NCBI GenBank assembly: GCA_963675245.1
Contig: OY775910.1
Coordinates: forward strand, 1,280,001-1,344,000
Origin: Acholeplasmataceae bacterium
GTDB taxonomy: Bacteria > Bacillota_I > Bacilli_A > Acholeplasmatales > Acholeplasmataceae
DNA length: 64,000 bases
Reading direction: 5' to 3'
Shown: positions 1-9,499 of the stretch, piece after piece
How the letters are laid out: each line of letters begins with the position of its first letter
Numbering within the stretch: position 1 is the stretch's first letter
Notes under the pieces: generated by a model
What the model was told of the DNA's origin: nothing
Seen by the model: only the letters and a program-made list of their open reading frames with translations
Databases searched by the model: none
Made by a program: the position numbers and the translations under genes

Positions 1-117
1 GATTTAGAAAAAAGAATGAATGTCAGTATATGTACCATATATTGGTATAGTCATGCTAATGATTGCATTCATTCTTATAATTAAGGCGCCAAAATAAAGT
101 AAAAAAAGGATATATTT

Positions 118-480
118 ATGAAAGATTCTTACGATAAGGATCCATTTGCAGAATATGATAAATATTGGGATGATCTTGATAAAAAAGAAGAACTGAGTAA
201 TCGGAAACGTAAGAAAGATTTCCACTTCAAGCAAACACCATCTCAGACGAATCGTCATGAAAATGATATTAATAAAAAAGCAGTTAGTATTTTTATAGGT
301 GTGTTTTTTCTATTTATGTTTGGGAGTGTTTTAATTCCTATCATCATTAATTTTACATCATCACCATTTGATTCGTATCCAGGTATGGGGATGAATATTT
401 CTGTATTTGCACCTTTCTTTGGTTTTATCTTTTTTATCATGATTATTGGCTTTATCATCAAGGCATCAAAAAAAGATTAA
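118..480 (+). CDS. Small hypothetical membrane protein (2 C-terminal TM helices), paralog of 1229..1543
   Basis: ORF with AAGGA RBS; N-terminus MKDSYDKDPFAEYDKYWDDLDK shared with 1229..1543; two hydrophobic segments. Confidence 0.85.
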   Translation: MKDSYDKDPFAEYDKYWDDLDKKEELSNRKRKKDFHFKQTPSQTNRHENDINKKAVSIFIGVFFLFMFGSVLIPIIINFTSSPFDSYPGMGMNISVFAPFFGFIFFIMIIGFIIKASKKD

Positions 481-491
481 AGGAATAGTCT

Positions 492-755
492 ATGAAAGAT
501 GAAGATAAAAAAAGTGATTCACATGAGCATTATATAAGGGCTGGATTAAGTAAGAGTACTAAGTTCATTATTGGTATGTGTGTTATCATCGTTATCGTGT
601 ATATTGCATTACCCATTATTTTAAATGCCGTCTATGGTAATTTCTTTCCTCTTATTAGAGGGATAACCCTAATATTCGCACTTGCAGGTCCAACACTATT
701 TTTAATATTTATAGTTGTGATGATTGTGAACGCCATCAAAAAAATCAGGAAATAA
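492..755 (+). CDS. Small hypothetical membrane protein (2 TM)
   Basis: AAGGA RBS; charged N-terminus, two hydrophobic helices, Lys-rich C-terminus. Confidence 0.75.
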   Translation: MKDEDKKSDSHEHYIRAGLSKSTKFIIGMCVIIVIVYIALPIILNAVYGNFFPLIRGITLIFALAGPTLFLIFIVVMIVNAIKKIRK

Positions 756-929
756 GAATTTTAATCTATAAAAAAACAACATATTTGATGCGTATGAATT
801 ATAAAAAAAAGTAAAAAAGTAAACAAAATTTGATGTATTAAAATAATATATATAAATAGAAGCGCTATCATAGAAGCTTTTATTGATAAACCTGATTAAT
901 TATGTCAATTGTGTTATGAAAAAAATCAT

Positions 930-958
930 TTGACAAACACCCTAATCGTGAGTATAAC
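930..958 (+). promoter_or_regulatory. SigA-type promoter
   Basis: TTGACA (930-935), 17-nt spacer, TATAAC (953-958). Confidence 0.8.
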
Positions 959-964
959 ATGTAT

Positions 965-1190
965 TGGGGCATTAAAACATAACTGAGTATTTAGAACAAA
1001 TCATGAGTTAGCAGAAATGATTCATCTTATTGAAATGTGGTCCTACGATATATCATTACTAGTCTTGTTATTTCGATATGTTTAGGTATATTTACAGATA
1101 TTGAATTTTACTCGTCTGTTCGTGAAAACTATGTCTACCGTTGATTATAGGACAAATCACATTTAACCGTACTTATTATGTTTATAATCA
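965..1190 (+). ncRNA. Candidate structured RNA or 5' leader of unknown family
   Basis: Nested long-range helices 975-989/1170-1183, 1033-1039/1158-1164, 1040-1045/1148-1153, 1083-1090/1130-1137, with several G-U pairs on the + strand; directly follows the promoter. Confidence 0.5.
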
Positions 1191-1228
1191 TAAAAATTTT
1201 TAAAACAGATGATTAAATAGGAGTTGCC

Positions 1229-1543
1229 ATGAAAGATTCTTTTGATAAAGACCCATTTGCTGAATATGATAAATATTGGGATGATCTAGATAAACAAGAA
1301 GACAAGGTCAAAGAGAAAAATAAAAGGGATTATGCATTTAATGATGTTGAAGCTCCCGATAATCTTGATCGAACATCTACTGGCAAAAAAGCAGGCATTT
1401 CATTTGGTTTCATCGGTATTGGTTTAGCCTTCACTATGGCATATATATTCATCGATAGTTCAAATACAGTCTTCACACCAGTAATAGGCATCATTATTTT
1501 CGGTATTATTATGTCAGCAATTAATAAAAATAAAAACAGGTAA
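1229..1543 (+). CDS. Small hypothetical membrane protein (2 TM), paralog of 118..480
   Basis: AGGAG RBS; N-terminus MKDSFDKDPFAEYDKYWDDLDK; two TM segments. Confidence 0.85.
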   Translation: MKDSFDKDPFAEYDKYWDDLDKQEDKVKEKNKRDYAFNDVEAPDNLDRTSTGKKAGISFGFIGIGLAFTMAYIFIDSSNTVFTPVIGIIIFGIIMSAINKNKNR

Positions 1544-1558
1544 TTTAGGTGATACAAC

Positions 1559-2992
1559 GTGGGAAAACAAAGTAAATTGGTTGAAAATATAACATCAAGA
1601 GATCAAAATTTTGCACAATGGTATACAGACCTATGTTTAAAAGCAGAGTTGATGGACTATTCAGATGTCAAAGGGTTCATTATTTATCGCCCATATGGCT
1701 ATGCAATTTGGGAAAATATTCAACGCTATTTAGACAAAGCATTTAAAAAGACAGGTCATGAAAATGTGTACATGCCTTTAGTGATTCCAGAATCATTGTT
1801 TCAAAAGGAAAAGGATCATGTTGAAGGATTTGCACCAGAAACAGCGATGATAACAACAACAGGTGTTGAAGATTTAACAGAACGTTTGATTATTAGACCT
1901 ACATCTGAAACATTATTCTGTACACATTATGCTAAAATCGTAAATTCTTATCGAGATCTCCCTAAAAAATATAATCAATGGTGTTCAGTCGTAAGATGGG
2001 AAAAGACGACTCGTCCTTTTTTGCGTGGTAAAGAATTTTTATGGCAAGAAGGACATACCGTTCATCAAACTGAACAAGAAGCAAGAGAAGAAACATTAGG
2101 CATGTTAGATATCTATGAGAAAATGGGTAAAGATCTTTTAGCAATTCCATTTGTTACAGGTAGAAAGACTGAAAAAGAAAAATTCGCTGGTGCCATTGAT
2201 ACATATTCAATTGAAGCATTGATGCATGATGGCCAAGCATTACAATCTGGGACAACCCATTATTTTGGTCAAGAATTCGCGAAAGCATTTGACATCACAT
2301 TTACAGATGATAAAAACGAACTTCAACATGTTTATCAAACATCTTGGGGTGTTTCAACACGTTTGATTGGTGCGGTTATTATGGTTCATGGTGATGATGA
2401 AGGACTAGTTTTACCACCATACGTTGCACCTATACAAATTGTTATTATTCCAATTCAAGATAAAAAAGAAGGCGTCATGGAACATGCAAATAACTTGTAT
2501 CAAGCATTAAATAATGCTGGATACCGTGTGTCACTTGATGATAGTAATAAATCACCAGGATGGAAATTTTCTGAAGCAGAAATGAAAGGTATCCCAGTGA
2601 GAATTGAAGTCGGTCCAAGAGATTTAAAAGAAGGTGTAGTCACATTGGTGACGCGTTATAATCGTGAAAAAGTACAAGTAGCAATCAATGATGTTGTAAC
2701 TAAGATACCACACATATTAAAAGATATTCATCACGCATTATATGATCGTGCTTTGGCACATGTTAAATCTCACACTTATGAAGCGAAAACATATGATCAA
2801 TTTAAAAATTACATTAAAGAAGGCGGATATGTCGCCATGTCAATTGCGGGTGAAGAAGCCGAATTAATGATTAAAAATGATACAACTGCTACAGCACGTG
2901 TGATTCCTTTTGATCAGAAAATGATTACGGAAACATGTCCTGTAACAGGTAAAAAAGCAACGCAAACCGTTTGGTTTGCACGTGCATATTAA
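1559..2992 (+). CDS. proS: Proline--tRNA ligase (archaeal/eukaryote-like type)
   Basis: RPTSET, NQWCSVVRWE..TRPFLR..EFLWQEGH, TSWGVSTR motifs; C-terminal FARAY; GTG start. Confidence 0.97.
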   Translation: MGKQSKLVENITSRDQNFAQWYTDLCLKAELMDYSDVKGFIIYRPYGYAIWENIQRYLDKAFKKTGHENVYMPLVIPESLFQKEKDHVEGFAPETAMITTTGVEDLTERLIIRPTSETLFCTHYAKIVNSYRDLPKKYNQWCSVVRWEKTTRPFLRGKEFLWQEGHTVHQTEQEAREETLGMLDIYEKMGKDLLAIPFVTGRKTEKEKFAGAIDTYSIEALMHDGQALQSGTTHYFGQEFAKAFDITFTDDKNELQHVYQTSWGVSTRLIGAVIMVHGDDEGLVLPPYVAPIQIVIIPIQDKKEGVMEHANNLYQALNNAGYRVSLDDSNKSPGWKFSEAEMKGIPVRIEVGPRDLKEGVVTLVTRYNREKVQVAINDVVTKIPHILKDIHHALYDRALAHVKSHTYEAKTYDQFKNYIKEGGYVAMSIAGEEAELMIKNDTTATARVIPFDQKMITETCPVTGKKATQTVWFARAY

Positions 2993-3007
2993 AGAAGAGG
3001 TGATTTT

Positions 3008-3331
3008 ATGGCAGGCTCAACTATTGTAAGAGATGCAATCGTACTTGATAAAAAGGCACGTGAACAAATTGAAGAGTTAGAAAAAGAGCGTGGACAAATC
3101 GAAGACAAACTTCAAGCAGAAGCTATGTTAATAAAAAAGCAAAATGAAGTTGATATCAATAAAAAGTTGAAAGAAGTAAAAACAAGTTATCAACAAGAAA
3201 TCAAAGCACGCGAGAAGAAAGAACTAGATACGTATAATAAGACGCTTGAAATGATTGAAAAAGCATTTGAAGAAAATCAAGATGAATGGGTAGATGCTAT
3301 TTATAAAGCCAGTATTGACCCAAAGGAGTAA
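3008..3331 (+). CDS. V/A-type ATPase peripheral stalk subunit G/H (probable)
   Basis: Charged coiled-coil protein, first gene of the V-ATPase cluster. Confidence 0.7.
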   Translation: MAGSTIVRDAIVLDKKAREQIEELEKERGQIEDKLQAEAMLIKKQNEVDINKKLKEVKTSYQQEIKAREKKELDTYNKTLEMIEKAFEENQDEWVDAIYKASIDPKE

Positions 3332-3335
3332 TTAG

Positions 3336-4370
3336 ATGAGCACTCAGGCAAATAATGCCATCGTCGCCAAAGCGAAAGCGATGTATGGTAACTTCTTGAA
3401 AACTGAAGATTATGAAGAATTGCTCAAGCAAAAAACAGTCAGTGATATCGCGGTTTTTCTAAAAAATCAACCAAATTATGCGGACATTCTGACCGATATT
3501 AAAGAAAAAACGATTCATAGAGGACATCTTGAATCTCTCATCAGAAAAAATACATTCAATCAAGTGATGCGATTAACAAGGCTTATTTTTTCAAAAGACC
3601 AAGATTTTTATGAATTGAGAATTGTCAATCAAGAGAATCAAATCATACTAGCTGTTTTAAGAACATTCATTTCAGATGAAGCAGATGAAAAGAGTGTCCT
3701 TCCCTATTTTTTCAATGAACATACGGACATTGACATGGATGTCTTGATTAAAGCAGAAACGTATGAGGATTTACTCAATGCTGTCAAAAAAACACCATAT
3801 TATGACATCTTAAAACCATTTCAAACGGATAATTTTGAGAATATTCGATATTTAGATATTGAATTTAATCTGGAAAAACATTACTATGAAGAATCATTTA
3901 AACGAATCGATAATAATTATTCTGGCAAGCTTAAAAAAGATTTAATGTCTGTTTTCCAAACAGCCATAGAACTAAAGAATATTACAAAGATTTATCGTTT
4001 AAAAAAATTCTATAATGCTGATCCAATTACCATAAAAAACGTATTGATTAAAGAACATTCAAGAATTTCTGATAGTAAAATTGATGAAATGATTGCACTA
4101 AAAGAACCTGATGATATTCTTAAGTATTTAGCAAAAAGTGAATATGCTAAATTCACAAGTGATCAAGATTACATTTATATTGAGTATTATGCGGGTCGTA
4201 TCAAATATGAATTAGCTAAAAAGTTTATGTATTTTTCACAAGAAGTACCATTAATTTATCAGTCATTTATTACCTTATCAGAAATTGAAGTTGAAAATAT
4301 TACAAATATCATTGAAGGAATTAGATATCAAGTTCACGAGAGTGAAATAAGACAAATGATAATTTATTAG
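3336..4370 (+). CDS. ntpC: V/A-type ATPase subunit C (AC39 family)
   Basis: AKAKAMYG..L N-terminus, EIEVENITNIIEGIRY C-terminus; operon position. Confidence 0.9.
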   Translation: MSTQANNAIVAKAKAMYGNFLKTEDYEELLKQKTVSDIAVFLKNQPNYADILTDIKEKTIHRGHLESLIRKNTFNQVMRLTRLIFSKDQDFYELRIVNQENQIILAVLRTFISDEADEKSVLPYFFNEHTDIDMDVLIKAETYEDLLNAVKKTPYYDILKPFQTDNFENIRYLDIEFNLEKHYYEESFKRIDNNYSGKLKKDLMSVFQTAIELKNITKIYRLKKFYNADPITIKNVLIKEHSRISDSKIDEMIALKEPDDILKYLAKSEYAKFTSDQDYIYIEYYAGRIKYELAKKFMYFSQEVPLIYQSFITLSEIEVENITNIIEGIRYQVHESEIRQMIIY

Positions 4371-4381
4371 GAGTGTAGCAT

Positions 4382-6310
4382 ATGGCTATTGCCAAAATGA
4401 AATTAGTTGACATAACCGCAGATCTTGAACAATTAGACGTAGCGTTAGCTCGTTTTATTGATATTCGAGAATTTCACCCCATCCCGGCTCAACAAATCAT
4501 TGAGCGTGTTCATGGTTTGACTGCATTTGATGATGAAAATCCATGTTCTACATTACTACAAGAAATATCGGATATAGAGACGAAATATGGATTGAATTTT
4601 CCTGTTATTGATCAAGCTGAACAAGTTTATAGTTTTAATGAAATGTATGATTATCTTGAATCTGTTAAGAAAAAATTAGAAGAAGAAGAATCAAGAATTA
4701 AAGACATTGAAAATCACATTAGTGAATATCGAGATGCGCTTATTCAAGTTAAAAATATTGATAGTCTAGATTTACCTTTTGAAGACTTCTTCTCAAGTGA
4801 ATTTATTTCTATTCGTTTTGGTCGTTTACCAAATGATTCTGTTGAAAAATTGAAGTTTTTCAGATCAAAACCATTTGTGTTTAAATCTTTTACACAAGAC
4901 CAAAACAACAGTTGGTGTATGTATTTCACGACTGATGAATTTAAAAGAGAAGTTGATAATATCTTCTCATCACTATTTTTCGAACGTATTTATATTCCAG
5001 ATTTCGTACATGGTAAACCAAAAGAAGCCATGAAAGCATTAGAACTAGAAATTGAACAAGCTGAGAAGATGGTAGAAAAATATCGTAATGATATGATTGA
5101 ATTCGTGAATGGATGTTCAAACAAAATTTCATGTTTAAAAGGCGAACTTGCCTTTTTAGATCGTATTTTTGAAGCGAAGAAGTATGTTGTAGGATTAGGT
5201 GATAAGTTTCAAATTTCAGGATTTATCGAACCGAAAACAATCAAACTGATCGAAGAATTGTTCTCAGACATTTCAGATGTTGAAATTGATGTCAATGATG
5301 CTGAATCTGATAAACGAGTCACACCACCTACAAAACTAAAAAACAATTGGTTTACAAGACCATTTGGCATGTTTGTTGAAATGTATGGCCTACCAGGTTA
5401 TCATGATTTAGACCCAACACCATTCTTAGCGATTACGTACGCGATATTGTTTGGTATTATGTTTGGTGATGTTGGTCAAGGACTTGTATTAATGCTTGTT
5501 GGATGGTTATTCTGGCGATTCAAGAAGATGAAACTTGGCGCGATTGGATTTAGAATAGGGCTCTTCTCGACGTTATTCGGATTTTTGTATGGTTCGATAT
5601 TTGGATTTGAGCATCTCTTGGATCACTTTTATCATGAGACCTTAGGTATATCATTCTTGCCATTTCATGTCATGGAAGCGGATAATACGAATATCTTGCT
5701 TGTTGGAGCAATCGCGATAGGTGCAATACTTATCATTATCTCGATGATTTTGAACATCATTACGCTAATCAAAAAGAAGAAATATGTTGAACTTGCCTGT
5801 TCACATAATGGATTCCCTGGCATTATCATGTTCACATTTGTGATTGTCGCTGTAGGTTTAAATTTACTGTCAATGGCTAATCTTTTAAACACATTTACCA
5901 TTTTAGGATTAGTGGTCCTACCCATTCTATTGATCTTCTTAAAAGAACCAATTGAACGTAAGTTCCATGGTGGTAAAATGTTTCCAACTGGTTTTGTCGG
6001 ATTCTTTGTAGAAGGATTCTTTGAATTGTTCGAGATTGTCCTTTCCTACGTTACAAACACGATGAGTTTCCTTCGTGTTGGCGGTTTCGTGTTATCACAT
6101 ACCGGTATGATGATTGTCGTTCATACGCTTTCAGAAGGCATGGCAACCACAGGTTCAATCGTTACTTTAATTTTAGGTAATATATTTGTGATGGTCCTTG
6201 AAGGACTAATCGTAGGTATTCAAGTGTTACGTCTAGAGTTTTATGAAATGTTCTCACGATACTACATTGGTAATGGTGTCGCGTTTACATCTTTAAATAA
6301 TAATAAATAA
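4382..6310 (+). CDS. ntpI: V/A-type ATPase subunit I (a)
   Basis: PTKLKN, YGLPGY..LDPTP, FGIMFGDVGQG, SFLRV, LRLEFYEMFS motifs. Confidence 0.96.
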   Translation: MAIAKMKLVDITADLEQLDVALARFIDIREFHPIPAQQIIERVHGLTAFDDENPCSTLLQEISDIETKYGLNFPVIDQAEQVYSFNEMYDYLESVKKKLEEEESRIKDIENHISEYRDALIQVKNIDSLDLPFEDFFSSEFISIRFGRLPNDSVEKLKFFRSKPFVFKSFTQDQNNSWCMYFTTDEFKREVDNIFSSLFFERIYIPDFVHGKPKEAMKALELEIEQAEKMVEKYRNDMIEFVNGCSNKISCLKGELAFLDRIFEAKKYVVGLGDKFQISGFIEPKTIKLIEELFSDISDVEIDVNDAESDKRVTPPTKLKNNWFTRPFGMFVEMYGLPGYHDLDPTPFLAITYAILFGIMFGDVGQGLVLMLVGWLFWRFKKMKLGAIGFRIGLFSTLFGFLYGSIFGFEHLLDHFYHETLGISFLPFHVMEADNTNILLVGAIAIGAILIIISMILNIITLIKKKKYVELACSHNGFPGIIMFTFVIVAVGLNLLSMANLLNTFTILGLVVLPILLIFLKEPIERKFHGGKMFPTGFVGFFVEGFFELFEIVLSYVTNTMSFLRVGGFVLSHTGMMIVVHTLSEGMATTGSIVTLILGNIFVMVLEGLIVGIQVLRLEFYEMFSRYYIGNGVAFTSLNNNK

Positions 6311-6337
6311 ATAAATATCATATTGGAGGATATAAAG

Positions 6338-6784
6338 ATGCACTATTTAACAATTATTGAAGTGATTGTACCACTATTATTAGTCGTTGCTATCACACTC
6401 CCACTGATTAAAGTATTCAAGGGAAATGTAACAAGAAGAACAGCTAAACGTCGCTTAATGACACATATTGCAGGTTTCTTTACTGTTGTACTATTAGTAT
6501 TAATGATGCAACTTATCATTAATCCACGCGTTTATGGTTTTGAAGCTGACGGGACAATTATGGGTACAATCGCACAAGGCTTTGGCTTTATAGCTGCTGC
6601 GCTTGCAACCGGATTATCTGCTTTAGGAGCTGGTATCGCTGTTGCTGCTGCTGCGCCAGCTGCGATTGGTGCTTTCTCAGAAAATGAAAAGAACTTTGGT
6701 AAGTCTCTTATCTTCGTTGCTCTTGGTGAAGGGGTTGCAATCTACGGATTACTTATTTCAATCTTAATCATTGGTAACTTATAA
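6338..6784 (+). CDS. ntpK: V/A-type ATPase proteolipid subunit K (c)
   Basis: GLSALGAGIA and ALGEGVAIYG motifs; start moved to ATG 6338 after GGAGG. Confidence 0.93.
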   Translation: MHYLTIIEVIVPLLLVVAITLPLIKVFKGNVTRRTAKRRLMTHIAGFFTVVLLVLMMQLIINPRVYGFEADGTIMGTIAQGFGFIAAALATGLSALGAGIAVAAAAPAAIGAFSENEKNFGKSLIFVALGEGVAIYGLLISILIIGNL

Positions 6785-6803
6785 CCTATAAAGAAGTCTT
6801 AAT

Positions 6804-7112
6804 ATGAAATTTTTCTTAATTAGTGATAATGTGGATAGTCAGGTAGGGATGCGTCTTGTTGGTATTGAAGGCGTGGTCGTTCATGAAAAAAAACCTTTTT
6901 TGGACGCGCTTGAAAATGCCCTTGAAGACCCTACAATTGGCATTATCCTTGTGACAACAAAAGCTGTTGACCTCGCACCGAAAGTCATCTCGGAATTGAA
7001 ATTAACGTATCCGAGAAAGCTCATCGTAGAAATTCCAGACCGTCATGGTGCGGAAAACATCGGTGAAGCTATTGACAAGTACGTAAGTGAAGCCATCGGT
7101 ATTAAACTGTGA
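6804..7112 (+). CDS. V/A-type ATPase subunit F
   Basis: ISDNVDSQVGMRLVGI, EIPDRHG, EAIGIKL. Confidence 0.93.
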   Translation: MKFFLISDNVDSQVGMRLVGIEGVVVHEKKPFLDALENALEDPTIGIILVTTKAVDLAPKVISELKLTYPRKLIVEIPDRHGAENIGEAIDKYVSEAIGIKL

Positions 7113-7117
7113 GGTGA

Positions 7118-7729
7118 ATGATTATGGCATATTATACAGAAGAACAGCTTTATCGCTATTTTAATCGCTCTATTCATCATGAAACGAATAAAAAAGTAGA
7201 CGCACTTAGAAAAGAGATTGACTACTTATATGCTTCAGAAATGAAGAAAATTCGTGACGATTTAATGATAAAGAAAAGATTAGATCTCAATAAAGGCATG
7301 CGAGAACTTCAAATCGAATATCAAGACCGTATTAATCAAATCGGTGTCGGTTATGATCAAAAGCTTATAAAAGCACGTATGAAGATGGCCAATACTGTCT
7401 TTAATCGTGTCTTTGAGAAGCTCGTTGACTTTATTGAAACAAAAGCATATGAAACATATATTAAAAATAAAATCAAAACACTTGATCAATATGCAAAAGA
7501 CAAACAATCAATCATTAAAGTATCACCATATGATCATAAAATTGAAGGTTATCTTAAGAAATTAGTCAGTGAATCAGTGAAAATCGAAATTGATCCTAAC
7601 ATCAAAATTGGTGGTTTCATTGTTTCAATACCTAATCAACATATTGAAATTGACGTGACACTTGATACTAAATTAGAAGATCAAAAAGAATGGTTTTATA
7701 AAAATTCAAAACTATTCATTAGAACATAG
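7118..7729 (+). CDS. ntpE: V/A-type ATPase subunit E
   Basis: N-terminal coiled coil, IGGF..D.TL C-terminal motif; operon position. Confidence 0.85.
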   Translation: MIMAYYTEEQLYRYFNRSIHHETNKKVDALRKEIDYLYASEMKKIRDDLMIKKRLDLNKGMRELQIEYQDRINQIGVGYDQKLIKARMKMANTVFNRVFEKLVDFIETKAYETYIKNKIKTLDQYAKDKQSIIKVSPYDHKIEGYLKKLVSESVKIEIDPNIKIGGFIVSIPNQHIEIDVTLDTKLEDQKEWFYKNSKLFIRT

Positions 7730-7740
7730 GAGGCATAGAC

Positions 7741-9489
7741 ATGGAAAATGTCATTTATTCGATTAATGGACCTGTCGTTACAGTACGTAATGCTGTCGTC
7801 TTTCACATGCTTGAAAAAGTCTATGTCGGTAAAGAAAAACTTTTAGGAGAAGTTATTTCAATTTCTAAAGAAAAAACAACGATTCAGGTTTATGAATCAA
7901 CTACTGGTTTAATACCAGGTGAGCCTGTATTCGCGACCGGCGAACCTATTTCTGCATTACTTGGACCTGGCTTGTTAAAAAATATTTTTGATGGTATTGA
8001 AAGACCTTTAAAAACGATTGCGAAAGAAGCAGGCATTTATATTCCAATCGGTAGTGATGTTGAGTCACTCGACAGTGAAAAAGAATGGGACGTTGAATTA
8101 ACTGCTAAGGTTGGTGATCAACTAGATGGTGGTTCAGTTTACGGAAAAATTCAAGAAACGACTATGATTGAACATCGCTTAATCGTACCTGGAGACCAAA
8201 AAGGTAAAGTGACGTGGGTCGCTAAGTCAGGTAAGCATAAACTATATGATGTCGTTACAAAAATAGTTGATGAAAAAGGAATCGAAAGAGATTTAACTTT
8301 GGCACAAAAATGGCCAATAAAAGTACCACGCCCAGTGAAACATCGTTTAACAATTTCGACACCACTTATCTCTGGACAACGGGTTATTGATACACTATTT
8401 CCAATTGCAAAAGGTGGTACTGCTGCAGTACCAGGTGGTTTTGGTACTGGAAAAACAATGATGCAACATCAGTTCGCAAAATGGTGTGATGCGGATATTA
8501 TTGTTTATGTTGGTTGTGGTGAACGTGGTAATGAAATGACGCAAGTCTTGGAAGAGTTCTCTGAGTTGATTGATCCAAGAACAAACAAACCATTACTAGA
8601 ACGTACTGTATTAATTGCAAATACATCAAACATGCCAGTTGCTGCACGTGAAGCATCTATATATACAGGTGTTACGATTGCAGAATATTATCGTGATATG
8701 GGATATCATGTCGCTGTCATGGCTGACTCTACATCACGTTGGGCAGAAGCACTTCGTGAAATTTCTGGACGCTTGGAAGAAATGCCAGCAGAAGAAGGCT
8801 TTCCTGCCTATTTACCTTCACGTATCTCTCAGTTTTATGAACGTGCAGGGTATATGGATAACCTAAATGGTTCCACTGGTTCTGTTACTATTATTGGTGC
8901 AGTATCCCCACAAGGTGCAGATTTTTCTGAACCAGTCACTCAAAATACAAAACGTTTTGTACGTAGTTTTTGGGCACTTGATAAACAACTTGCATATGCA
9001 AGACACTATGCTGCCATTAACTGGAATCAAAGTTATTCTGACTATGTTGGTGATTTATCAAAATGGTATGATAAAAACATTGGTCCAGAATTTTTGACGA
9101 ACCGTACAAAGATTATGGCATTACTAGCAGAAGAAACAAAATTATTGGAAATCGTTAAGTTGATTGGTAGTGACGTTTTACCAGATGATCAAAAATTGGT
9201 CATTGAAATTGGTAAAGTCATTCGACAAGGTTATCTCCAACAAAATGCGTTCCACAAAGATGATACGTACGTACCTCTTAAAAAACAATTATTGATGATG
9301 AACGTCATTATTTATCTTTATGACCAAGCCAAGAGAGTCGTTTCTGAAGGTAAATCATTAGATGTCCTTTTAGAAACGGGTATGTTTGAAGAAGTCTCAA
9401 AGATGAAATATGATGTACCAAATGATGAGCTTGATAAGTTTGACGATTACTTGACCAAAATTAATCGAATTATCAAGCGTATGAAATAG
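7741..9489 (+). CDS. ntpA: V/A-type ATPase catalytic subunit A
   Basis: P-loop [39 protein letters not shown]. Confidence 0.98.
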   Translation: MENVIYSINGPVVTVRNAVVFHMLEKVYVGKEKLLGEVISISKEKTTIQVYESTTGLIPGEPVFATGEPISALLGPGLLKNIFDGIERPLKTIAKEAGIYIPIGSDVESLDSEKEWDVELTAKVGDQLDGGSVYGKIQETTMIEHRLIVPGDQKGKVTWVAKSGKHKLYDVVTKIVDEKGIERDLTLAQKWPIKVPRPVKHRLTISTPLISGQRVIDTLFPIAKGGTAAVPGGFGTGKTMMQHQFAKWCDADIIVYVGCGERGNEMTQVLEEFSELIDPRTNKPLLERTVLIANTSNMPVAAREASIYTGVTIAEYYRDMGYHVAVMADSTSRWAEALREISGRLEEMPAEEGFPAYLPSRISQFYERAGYMDNLNGSTGSVTIIGAVSPQGADFSEPVTQNTKRFVRSFWALDKQLAYARHYAAINWNQSYSDYVGDLSKWYDKNIGPEFLTNRTKIMALLAEETKLLEIVKLIGSDVLPDDQKLVIEIGKVIRQGYLQQNAFHKDDTYVPLKKQLLMMNVIIYLYDQAKRVVSEGKSLDVLLETGMFEEVSKMKYDVPNDELDKFDDYLTKINRIIKRMK

Positions 9490-9499
9490 GAGGGATGAT

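Noticed and set aside
971..1188. Retron msr/msd or MITE (flanking inverted repeats plus an inner long hairpin)
   Set aside because: No reverse transcriptase or transposase in the window, no second copy noticed, and the helices rely on G-U pairs. Sequence outside the window cannot be assessed.
961..1228. T-box leader for proS, tmRNA, SRP RNA or RNase P RNA
   Set aside because: No T-box antiterminator bulge (TGGNACC), no tRNA-like 3' end, no SRP GGAA/AGCAG domain, no GAGGAAAGTCC.
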